A stretch of DNA of 18,336 nt from Candidatus Heimdallarchaeota archaeon (GTDB taxonomy: Archaea; Asgardarchaeota; Heimdallarchaeia; JABLTI01): assembly GCA_019058275.1 (NCBI GenBank), contig JAHLVW010000114.1, positions 1 to 18,336 of the forward strand, in the 5' to 3' direction. Within the stretch, counting starts at the first letter, position 1. Every line of letters begins with the position of its first letter. Shown here in pieces: positions 7,821 through 15,695 of the stretch. The translations under genes and the position numbers were made by a program. A model generated the notes under the pieces. That model made no database searches, was not told the origin of the DNA, and saw only the letters and a program-made list of their open reading frames with translations.

Positions 7821-9362
7821 TTAGATTCCTATCAAGGCTTTGGCAGCTTCACTTGCAAGATTAGAGAAGTACCCTGGAAAGATTCCTACTACAAACATTA
7901 AGAGAACTAATACCATGAGAGGTATTACAATCTCTACTGGAGTCTCTTTAATGTCTTCCAAATGTTCACCTGGTTCTTTGAACCAGAGTCTTTGTAAGAC
8001 AATTAGATAATAGACTACGCTGATAACGCTTGAGAGAAGGAATAAAGCTACTCCTACGAAATATTGCCAGTTTCCACTACCAACAGCAGCAACGACCATG
8101 TTAAATTTGCTCCAGAAACCTGGAAGTGGTGGAACACCTGCTAAACTCAGTAATGAAATTGTTAATGCTCCAATTGTCAATGGCATCTTTTTACCAATAC
8201 CCTTGAGACGATCTAGACCGCGATCATGGAATCGATATAGGATTGCTCCAGCGCATAAAAATGCAAGGCCTTTTCCAAGTGCATGTGTAAAGATATGGAA
8301 GTAACCACCTTGAATTCCTACTGCTGCAACATCTGTATCAATACCACTTAAGGACATAGATAATCCGAAGAGGATAAACCCAACGTTTAGAACGGTGGAG
8401 AATGCTAACAATCGTTTAATGTCGTTTTGTCGTAATGCTAGTAAGTTTCCAACAGCCATGGTTATAACTGATATCCAGAGCAAAGCTGAACCAATTGCTT
8501 CGGTTCCTGTTGAGCCAGAGAAGAATACTGTAAGCGTATTGGTCATTCCAAACATACCTGTCATAATCACAACACCAGACAACATCGCACTAATTCCACT
8601 TGGAGCCGCGGGATGTGCATCTGGAAGCCATGTGTGTAAAGGTACAATAGCAGCTTTCACACCAAAGCCTAAGATTAGACAGATAATGGTTATGACATAC
8701 ACTCCTGAAAATCCATTTGCTGTAATATCAGCAGTTAGGATTGTACCAATTTCTGCTATGTTTAGTGTTCCGGAAACACCATAAAGTAAGCTCATTCCAA
8801 AGAGTAGTAAAACGCTACCGAAAGCACTCATAAAGAGGTATTTAATACCTGCTTCAATAGGTTCTGGATCATCTTTTCTGAATGAAACTAAAATATAGCT
8901 TGCTATGCTCATTGTTTCCCAGAAGATGAACAGGGTAAGTAAATCACCAGCCATTACCACTCCTATCATTCCAGCGACAAGAAAAAGTAATAGTAGATAG
9001 TATTTATCAAGTCTGTCATCCTGATCCATGTATCGAATCGAGAAAATTGCCACTACTGAACCTAAAAGTACGAAGATAAGCATAAACCACCATGTGAGGC
9101 TATCTAATCTAAAGATAGTATAGACACCAGCAACATAGCTCTTATCACCTAACTTCAAGTAAAGGTCTTCAGCAGGGATAGATCCGACACTGCTGTAGAA
9201 GAATATGATTAATCCTAATACGACTAGGAGACAGACATTGGCAATTACTGCGTAAGCTAAGTTCCAACCCACTGTTTCTTTTCGTGCAAATCGTCCTAAT
9301 AATGCAATTAAGACAGCACCTGCAATGAGGATTATTATTGGGAGTAACCAAATAATGTTCAT
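7821..9362 (-). CDS. nuoN: Antiporter-like ion-translocating subunit N (NuoN/MrpD-like)
   Basis: 14-TM Proton_antipo_M pattern: FWE, EAGIKY, VKAAIVPLHTWLPDAH, DIKRLLAFS, GVPPLPGFWSKF. Start moved from TTG 9380 to ATG 9362, which has GGAGG at 9378-9374. Confidence 0.88.
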   Translation of the reverse strand: MNIIWLLPIIILIAGAVLIALLGRFARKETVGWNLAYAVIANVCLLVVLGLIIFFYSSVGSIPAEDLYLKLGDKSYVAGVYTIFRLDSLTWWFMLIFVLLGSVVAIFSIRYMDQDDRLDKYYLLLLFLVAGMIGVVMAGDLLTLFIFWETMSIASYILVSFRKDDPEPIEAGIKYLFMSAFGSVLLLFGMSLLYGVSGTLNIAEIGTILTADITANGFSGVYVITIICLILGFGVKAAIVPLHTWLPDAHPAAPSGISAMLSGVVIMTGMFGMTNTLTVFFSGSTGTEAIGSALLWISVITMAVGNLLALRQNDIKRLLAFSTVLNVGFILFGLSMSLSGIDTDVAAVGIQGGYFHIFTHALGKGLAFLCAGAILYRFHDRGLDRLKGIGKKMPLTIGALTISLLSLAGVPPLPGFWSKFNMVVAAVGSGNWQYFVGVALFLLSSVISVVYYLIVLQRLWFKEPGEHLEDIKETPVEIVIPLMVLVLLMFVVGIFPGYFSNLASEAAKALIGI

Positions 9363-9369
9363 TATTTTT

Positions 9370-10884
9370 TTAGCCTCCAAAGATTTTACTGACTGCTTCA
9401 GTCACGAAGACTAGGACACTCTTTGGGAAAAGTCCGATAACTAAGCTTAAGATTGCAAGGATAATTAATGGAATCCACATTGATGGACTTGGATCCTTGA
9501 CATCTTTGAATTCTTCTTTTTCTGGTCCTAGAAAGACGTTCTTCATAAAGAGAAGGACGTAAGTCGCTGTTAAGGCTGTTGAGAGTATAGCGAAAATCAC
9601 AGCAATAATTCCTAAAGTATTATTTGCTTGTAAACCGCCTTGGAAAATGATCCACTCAGACATAAAGCCTGCTAGTGGAGGTGTGCCGGCAAGACTTAAT
9701 GCAGCAATGATTGCTACAATCGTAGTTATAGGCATTCTACAAGCTAGACCTCCTAGCTTGTCTATTCTTCTACCTTTATGGTGACCAATTTGAGTCATAA
9801 GTATGCCAGCGACCATAAAGAGGGTCCCCTTAGCAAGGGCATGGCTCACGATATGGAATGTTGAACCAGTTGAACCGAAAAGTTCGAAGGTTCCTAAACC
9901 AAACAAGATGTAGCCCATCTGTGAGATAGATGAAAAAGCAAACAATCTTTTTGTGTCTTTTTGTGCTAAAGCCATAAGACCTCCGTAAAGCATAGTGAAT
10001 ACTGCGAAACCAATTAGCACCCAGCGCATCCAACCACCCATTCCTTCCTCGCCAAATATGCTTGTGCAAATTCTGAGGATACCGTAGGCAGCTGTTTCTA
10101 TCATGACACCACTTAGGATAGCACTAATTGGAGTTGGTGCTTCACCATGAGTGTCAGGTAACCAGGTGTGGATTGGGAAGATCGCCATTTTCACACTAAA
10201 ACCGAGCATCATTAGAATTGTTAATAGTCTAATGATATTTGCAGGGGCACTTATTCCTGTTGAAATTAATGTTGCAATGTTAAATGTTCCACCAAAAGCC
10301 CAGAGACCACCAATACCGATTAAAATTGCCATTGCACCTACATGTGTGAAGATGAAATATTTGAAAGCAATTTTCACTGCGTTTGGTTTTGATCCCCATT
10401 TAGCAATGATGAAATATGATGGAATTAACATTAATTCCCAGAATACATAGAATTGTGCTAAATCACCAGCAAGTACTACTCCAACCATTCCAGCAATATA
10501 AAGGACTAGTAGAGCGTAGTACCCACCTTGGCTTTCTTCTTTCTTCATGTATCCAAAGCTGAAAGATACTGCAGCTAATGATAGTATGAAGATGATTGCT
10601 GCCATTGTGAAACTTAAACCATCAGCTACTAATGAAAAGCCAATGTCAATTGTTCTTGAACCAATTGTGAAATTAATCCAATCCCAACCTTCGAAAACAT
10701 CGGAATCAGTACTTGTTACTCCAAGAACATCACCCATTGTTAAGGCAAAGAAGACAGTGGCTATAAGGACAGCTATTAATGCTGACCATTTTGCTGCTTT
10801 ATCATTCCACTTACCTAGAAGGAAAATAACTATTGGTGCTCCTAGCAGAATAGCTAAGGAAATAAATAGTGTAGATTCAAACAT
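9370..10884 (-). CDS. nuoM: Antiporter-like ion-translocating subunit M (NuoM-like)
   Basis: FYVFWELMLIPSY, VKMAIFPIHTWLPDTHGEAPT, and GFMSEW (TM12 Glu diagnostic of NuoM). AGGAGGA overlaps the nuoL stop. Confidence 0.9.
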   Translation of the reverse strand: MFESTLFISLAILLGAPIVIFLLGKWNDKAAKWSALIAVLIATVFFALTMGDVLGVTSTDSDVFEGWDWINFTIGSRTIDIGFSLVADGLSFTMAAIIFILSLAAVSFSFGYMKKEESQGGYYALLVLYIAGMVGVVLAGDLAQFYVFWELMLIPSYFIIAKWGSKPNAVKIAFKYFIFTHVGAMAILIGIGGLWAFGGTFNIATLISTGISAPANIIRLLTILMMLGFSVKMAIFPIHTWLPDTHGEAPTPISAILSGVMIETAAYGILRICTSIFGEEGMGGWMRWVLIGFAVFTMLYGGLMALAQKDTKRLFAFSSISQMGYILFGLGTFELFGSTGSTFHIVSHALAKGTLFMVAGILMTQIGHHKGRRIDKLGGLACRMPITTIVAIIAALSLAGTPPLAGFMSEWIIFQGGLQANNTLGIIAVIFAILSTALTATYVLLFMKNVFLGPEKEEFKDVKDPSPSMWIPLIILAILSLVIGLFPKSVLVFVTEAVSKIFGG

Positions 10885-10900
10885 TGTTCTTCATTTCCTC

Positions 10901-13012
10901 CTAAAGTGTGAATAATAATATCGCCAGTAGGATTATTGCTCCTAATAGCATATAGATGAAATTCACTGAAAGAATTCCTGTATGAGTCTTTCTGAAAACT
11001 TCACCCGACTTCATGGTTCCAGAAGCGATGATATAGTTCGATCGGTCAATAATCTTCAGATCGAAGTATTCATAAGCTAGTTCTGAGAATCGCTTGAATT
11101 TACGTATGCACCAGTAGATTGCAGTATTCATATACCATCTCTTATAGAGGAAGGTGTTAATACTGCGTATGAATTTACTCTTTTCTTGGATTTTACCTGC
11201 ATCCCATTTTCTTCCAATATAGAAGAGGTATGCTGGTAAACCACCTGCCAACAAGATAACTAGAGTAATCCAGAATGTTGGAGGAGCAAATCCAAATGTA
11301 TGTCCTAAGAAATGACCATAGTCTATGGGTGATATTTCGGGATTTAAGATACTTGGGAACCACTCATTGTGAGACATGAAATTCTTCACAATTGGTGATA
11401 ACCAACCCAAAGCGATTGTTCCAACAGCTAGTATAACTAATGGAATCCACATTGTTGGACCAGTTTTGTGTAGATGACCGCCTGATTCTTTCTCAATATG
11501 CTTGACATTTTCTGTTTTCTCACCAAAGAATGTTTTTCCAATGAATCTGAGAGTATAGAAGATTGTCATTGCAGCTGAGATAGCAGCAACAGCGAAGAAT
11601 ATCCATCCGAAAGGATTGTGTTCATGTTGACCTAATTCCCAGCAAACGCCAAAGACTGATTCCTTACTGAAGAATCCACCCAATGGGGGTATTCCAGCAA
11701 GTGACAAACCACCTATAAGCATTGGCCAGAAGACTTTAGGCATATCTTTTCTCAGACCGCCCATTTCATCGACGTATTTGGAATGGATAGTGTGAATTAC
11801 AGCTCCCGCGGAAAGGAATAACAATCCTTTGAATACTGCGTGTGATAACATATGGAATGTACCAGCAAAGTAGCCAGTAACACCTAACTCACCAGTTAAC
11901 AAACCACCAGCACCAAGTCCTATAAACATGTAACCAAGTTGTGAGATGGTACTGAATGCTAGTATTTTCTTTAGTTCTGTAGCAGCCATACCCATTGTTG
12001 CTGCCATGAATGCTGTAAAAGCACCAATTGCTGCGACAAATAGGAAGTAAATTTGTAGTGAATCGTGTCCAAGTTGGTGATAACCGATATACCACATAGG
12101 ATATGTTCTAGCAACCATGTAGACACCTGCTTTAACCATTGCAGCTGCATGTATCAGAGCTGAAACAGTTGTGGGTCCGGCCATTGCTTCTGGAAGCCAG
12201 AATTGTAGTGGAAATTGTGCTGATTTACCGATAGGTCCACCAAAGATCAAAATAGCAGTTAAGACAAGGATTCTATCATTTGCTAAGTTATTCATCCAAG
12301 CTGTATTACTGAGGAGTGACATATAATTGAAAGTTCCAGCATAAGCAAAAACAATCATAATACCAGTCAACATCATTACATCACCAATTCTGGTGGTAAC
12401 GAATGCTTTTAGACCAGCATGTGAATTATAATCACCTTCTGTTTCTTCACGAATGGTGAATTCTCTTGGGTCTTGTTTTTCCTTCTTTGTGAAGAAATAC
12501 CCAATTAAGGCATATGAACAAAAACCAACTATTTCCCAACCAACAAATGATTGTAATAAATTGTTAGACATTACAAGGAAAACCATTCCTCCAATGAACA
12601 ATTGCATTAGGAACCAATATCGGTTAAGATGTTTGTCACCTTTCATGTAACCCACACCATAAATCATGATCATTGTTCCTACACCAGTAGCGAAGCAAGC
12701 GATCATAACTGTTAGTGGGTCAACTAGTACTCCGAATTCTACTCCGTATGTACCTCCACCAAGTCCGAAGAACCATTCAGTTTGGAATAATTCTACACCA
12801 GTGTCTCCATTGAAGACATCAACAACTAACAGGAGACTGAAAATGAATGCAATAAATGAAGTTGCTACTGCCATCCAATCACGGATGATATAGAGAACTT
12901 TCTTTATGCCTTCTGCTTTTAGTAAACCTGCGATCCAACCAATTACTGGAGTAATTAATGCACCAGCAAAAGGAATAGCCCAATTTAATATTGCAGCTGA
13001 TTCTAGTATCAT
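10901..13012 (-). CDS. nuoL: Antiporter-like ion-translocating subunit L (NuoL-like, with C-terminal transverse helix)
   Basis: GWEIVGFCSYALIG, KAFVTTRIGD, GKSAQFPL..WLPEAMAGPTTVSALIH, FFSKE. C-terminal KRWY...IID...HTG plus final TM, as in NuoL. Confidence 0.93.
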   Translation of the reverse strand: MILESAAILNWAIPFAGALITPVIGWIAGLLKAEGIKKVLYIIRDWMAVATSFIAFIFSLLLVVDVFNGDTGVELFQTEWFFGLGGGTYGVEFGVLVDPLTVMIACFATGVGTMIMIYGVGYMKGDKHLNRYWFLMQLFIGGMVFLVMSNNLLQSFVGWEIVGFCSYALIGYFFTKKEKQDPREFTIREETEGDYNSHAGLKAFVTTRIGDVMMLTGIMIVFAYAGTFNYMSLLSNTAWMNNLANDRILVLTAILIFGGPIGKSAQFPLQFWLPEAMAGPTTVSALIHAAAMVKAGVYMVARTYPMWYIGYHQLGHDSLQIYFLFVAAIGAFTAFMAATMGMAATELKKILAFSTISQLGYMFIGLGAGGLLTGELGVTGYFAGTFHMLSHAVFKGLLFLSAGAVIHTIHSKYVDEMGGLRKDMPKVFWPMLIGGLSLAGIPPLGGFFSKESVFGVCWELGQHEHNPFGWIFFAVAAISAAMTIFYTLRFIGKTFFGEKTENVKHIEKESGGHLHKTGPTMWIPLVILAVGTIALGWLSPIVKNFMSHNEWFPSILNPEISPIDYGHFLGHTFGFAPPTFWITLVILLAGGLPAYLFYIGRKWDAGKIQEKSKFIRSINTFLYKRWYMNTAIYWCIRKFKRFSELAYEYFDLKIIDRSNYIIASGTMKSGEVFRKTHTGILSVNFIYMLLGAIILLAILLFTL

Positions 13013-13025
13013 TGTTTTGTATCTC

Positions 13026-13361
13026 CTAATGTTTCAATTGTGATAGTCTTCTTGAGTTCAAGGTAGCGTGCATCCTATAGGCTTGAATTATCAAGGCTAA
13101 AGCAACACCTGCTATACATCCTCCAACACAAATGCTGATAATAACAACAGCATGTGGTAAAGGATCAACTAATCCACTTGCTCCAAAGATGTTTGAAAAT
13201 ACAATGAAGTTCAAGTGAGCTGCATCAAGCAGCAGTTCAATAGCAATCAAGAATTTAATCATGTTTTGTTTCGAGGTGAGACCATAGATGCCTATAGCAA
13301 GAAGCAAAATTGAGAAAATCAAAATGATGTATATATTATCAAATGGAATTTCAACTGCCAT
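13026..13361 (-). CDS. nuoK: Membrane subunit K (NuoK/MrpC/MbhG-like)
   Basis: 111 aa, 3 TM. IGIYGL..KQNMIK.LIAIELLL (NuoK) and DPLPHAVV (MrpC-type). Confidence 0.88.
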   Translation of the reverse strand: MAVEIPFDNIYIILIFSILLLAIGIYGLTSKQNMIKFLIAIELLLDAAHLNFIVFSNIFGASGLVDPLPHAVVIISICVGGCIAGVALALIIQAYRMHATLNSRRLSQLKH

Positions 13362-13363
13362 GT

Positions 13364-13780
13364 CTATCCTGCCTCCTCAAGTTCTTCCGCATCTTTTCGT
13401 TCAAGAATGACGAATTTGTCAGTCTCACACATTTCAGTACGGAATTCTGCGCATTGGTCTTCGATTCCTTTTACAACTGTAGAAGCTGCTTCAGAAGCGA
13501 CCAACAACATGATACCTACAATAATGATATCAACACCTCTGGCTTCCCAAAGAAGATATCCTACTGCTTCACCGATGTCCTTAAAGGTAACATCAGACCC
13601 TCCAACGAAGGTATAATCACCTCTAGAATTATCGTCAGTATCATCTAGTCGTAAACCTCGATCATTCGTTCCTTCTGGATCATAGAAATCCCATAATCCG
13701 AACATCATAAATCCAACGATACCCAGAACGAGGACTATGCTTGAAGCGAATATAAGATATTTTCTCATTTTCTTGTTCAT
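13364..13780 (-). CDS. Membrane subunit J2 (C-terminal half of split NuoJ / MbhE-like)
   Basis: 2 TM helices separated by an acidic loop. VGYLLWEARGVDIIIVGIMLLVA resembles NuoJ TM5 and the RGxD motif of MbhE/MrpA C-terminal domain. ATGA overlap with the upstream gene. Confidence 0.7.
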   Translation of the reverse strand: MNKKMRKYLIFASSIVLVLGIVGFMMFGLWDFYDPEGTNDRGLRLDDTDDNSRGDYTFVGGSDVTFKDIGEAVGYLLWEARGVDIIIVGIMLLVASEAASTVVKGIEDQCAEFRTEMCETDKFVILERKDAEELEEAG

Positions 13781-14091
13781 GCAGATGCTTCCTCCTTAGT
13801 ATCATCTTCTCCGAATAATCGATCTAGATCCTCTGCTGGTTCACCAGTTTCGAATCTCTCAGTTAGAGCAACTGTGGTGATAAGTAACACTGTAACAGCT
13901 CCTCCATAGATCATTAGCTGAAAGAGAGCAACCCACGGAGCATTTAGGATCCAGAAGACTCCAGCCAAGGCTATACTTAGAACAGCTAACGCAATTGCTG
14001 CATATATTAAATCTCGCAATTCAATTGCAAATATTGCTGCGATAACCACAATGACTAGTAAAATAATCAATAATATAGTATTGACATCCAT
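13777..14091 (-). CDS. nuoJ: Membrane subunit J1 (N-terminal half of split NuoJ)
   Basis: 3 TM. LNAPWVALFQLMIYGGAVTVLL matches NuoJ TM3 (QxxxYxGAxxVL). Confidence 0.88.
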   Translation of the reverse strand: MDVNTILLIILLVIVVIAAIFAIELRDLIYAAIALAVLSIALAGVFWILNAPWVALFQLMIYGGAVTVLLITTVALTERFETGEPAEDLDRLFGEDDTKEEASA

Positions 14092-14113
14092 ATTTCTTGC
14101 ACATCCTTTGGTT

Positions 14114-14127
14114 CGACACGAGTGTCG
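14114..14127. repeat. GC-rich palindrome CGACAC-GA-GTGTCG in the nuoI-nuoJ spacer
   Basis: Perfect 6-bp inverted repeat 2 nt after the nuoI stop, in the largest intergenic gap (38 nt) of the operon. Confidence 0.6.
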
Positions 14128-14129
14128 CT

Positions 14130-14555
14130 CTAGCTTTCTTCCTCCTTTGGAGACTCTTCAGTAGCTTCTTCTTTTTTAGCTAATGAAGGTTCTTCTTTCG
14201 AGTAGATGATCATTTCATCTTGTTCGAAAGCTGATAGTTCAATGTAATCAGTAAGAACCAATGCATCGTATCTGCACGCGTCTTCACAGAGACCACAGAA
14301 AATGCATTCACCGAGGTTAATAACTGGTCTTTTACCTGTTTTAGTAATTTCTGAAGGAACCATTACAATTGCCAGAGGTGGACAAGCTCGTTCACAAGCT
14401 CTACAACCTGTGCACAGAGTAATGTCTAAATAGTGCGCACCTCTGAGTCCTATCGCAGGTTTAACTCCTGGTTCGAAAGGATAATCAATGGTCGCTTTTT
14501 TTCGTTTGAAAGCGTTTCTCAATGCTTCCCAAATAATTACTGCTGGTCTTGTCAT
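14130..14555 (-). CDS. nuoI: 2x[4Fe-4S] ferredoxin-like subunit I (NuoI/MbhN/HycF-like)
   Basis: ATIDYPFE, LRG.H, CTGCRACERACP and CIFCGLCEDAC motifs. AGGAGGA directly after the nuoH stop. Confidence 0.95.
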   Translation of the reverse strand: MTRPAVIIWEALRNAFKRKKATIDYPFEPGVKPAIGLRGAHYLDITLCTGCRACERACPPLAIVMVPSEITKTGKRPVINLGECIFCGLCEDACRYDALVLTDYIELSAFEQDEMIIYSKEEPSLAKKEEATEESPKEEES

Positions 14556-14573
14556 GTGTCATCAAATCCTCCT

Positions 14574-15695
14574 TTATGTTGCTCCTCCAGGGAACAATGC
14601 TTCAAATTTGCTCCACAGTGTATTATCTAACCATGGAACCCAGAAGAATGTAACAATCATTAATCCAAGACTTACAGGGATTAACCATTTCCATGAAAAT
14701 TCTAAGAATTGTTCAATTCGTAACCTTGCCATTAATGCTCTCATAGTCGAGAAAACAAGAACGATCAAGGTAGTCTTAATTGCAAACATTAAAGCATAAT
14801 ATGCTATTCGTATAGCACCTACCCACATGACACCAGCTGGTTGAGCTAAGGAAGCTCCTGTACCTAACCAGTCAGCAAAAGAGGGTATCCATATTTCAAC
14901 TCCTATTGGTCCACCTAAGAATAAGGCTGCACCAAGTCCAGCTGCGTACAACATTTGTAAGTCAGCAGACAATCTGAAGAATGCTAACTTCTTTCCAGAG
15001 TACTCAACTTCCCATCCACCGACAATTTCTGTTTCAGCTGTTGGTATATCAAATGGACTTCTTTCTAATTCTGCTTGAGATGAAAGCAAGAATATCAAGA
15101 AGAAGATTACCATTGGTAAGCTGAATAGAACTGGTCTGTGGTGTTCGAGTTGCCATGTAACTATTCCTGCAACAGACAAGCTTTCGGTTCGTAATGCTAC
15201 TGCAAACATTGCCATGAGAATTGGTATTTCATAGCTTAATAATTGTGATGCAACACGCATTGTTCCAGGCATCGCCAACTTATTGGCAGAGAACCATCCT
15301 GCAAGGTATATGACTAAAGCTAAGATTGTAGTTAAGAATGATAGCAATAATAAATCTGCTTCAAATGAGAGAATTCCACTTATGTTAATAATTGGAACAA
15401 ATAACAATGCTAGTAAAGGAATTGTTAATCCAATAACTGCAACGATTCTCATTCCCCATTTATCAGCAGCCTTTGGTTCGATATCTTCATTTGTCATTAG
15501 CTTGAGGAAATCTGCTAAAGGTTGTAAAATACCTTTAAAGCCTGTATGTAAAGGACCTATTCGGTCTTGCAGAGCAGCATAAAACTTCCGATCAATCCAT
15601 TCATCAAATAATGCTATTGAAATACAGAAGCCTATGCCAGGGAAGAAAAGTATCCCCAATATTAGTAATAACCATGGTGCCCATACTGCTAACAT
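14574..15695 (-). CDS. nuoH: Membrane anchor subunit H (NuoH/MbhM/HycD-like)
   Basis: DRKFYA.LQDRIGP, GILQPLADFLKL, QLLSYEIP, RSPFDIPTAETEIVGG..VEYSG. Start moved to ATG 15695 (TAATG overlap with the large-subunit stop, AGGTGG upstream). Confidence 0.94.
   Translation of the reverse strand: MLAVWAPWLLLILGILFFPGIGFCISIALFDEWIDRKFYAALQDRIGPLHTGFKGILQPLADFLKLMTNEDIEPKAADKWGMRIVAVIGLTIPLLALLFVPIINISGILSFEADLLLLSFLTTILALVIYLAGWFSANKLAMPGTMRVASQLLSYEIPILMAMFAVALRTESLSVAGIVTWQLEHHRPVLFSLPMVIFFLIFLLSSQAELERSPFDIPTAETEIVGGWEVEYSGKKLAFFRLSADLQMLYAAGLGAALFLGGPIGVEIWIPSFADWLGTGASLAQPAGVMWVGAIRIAYYALMFAIKTTLIVLVFSTMRALMARLRIEQFLEFSWKWLIPVSLGLMIVTFFWVPWLDNTLWSKFEALFPGGAT

Noticed and set aside
14114-14127. 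Hairpin as a SECIS element for a [NiFeSe] enzyme
   Set aside because: All ligand codons are TGT/TGC, no in-frame TGA needs recoding, and the stem is too short.
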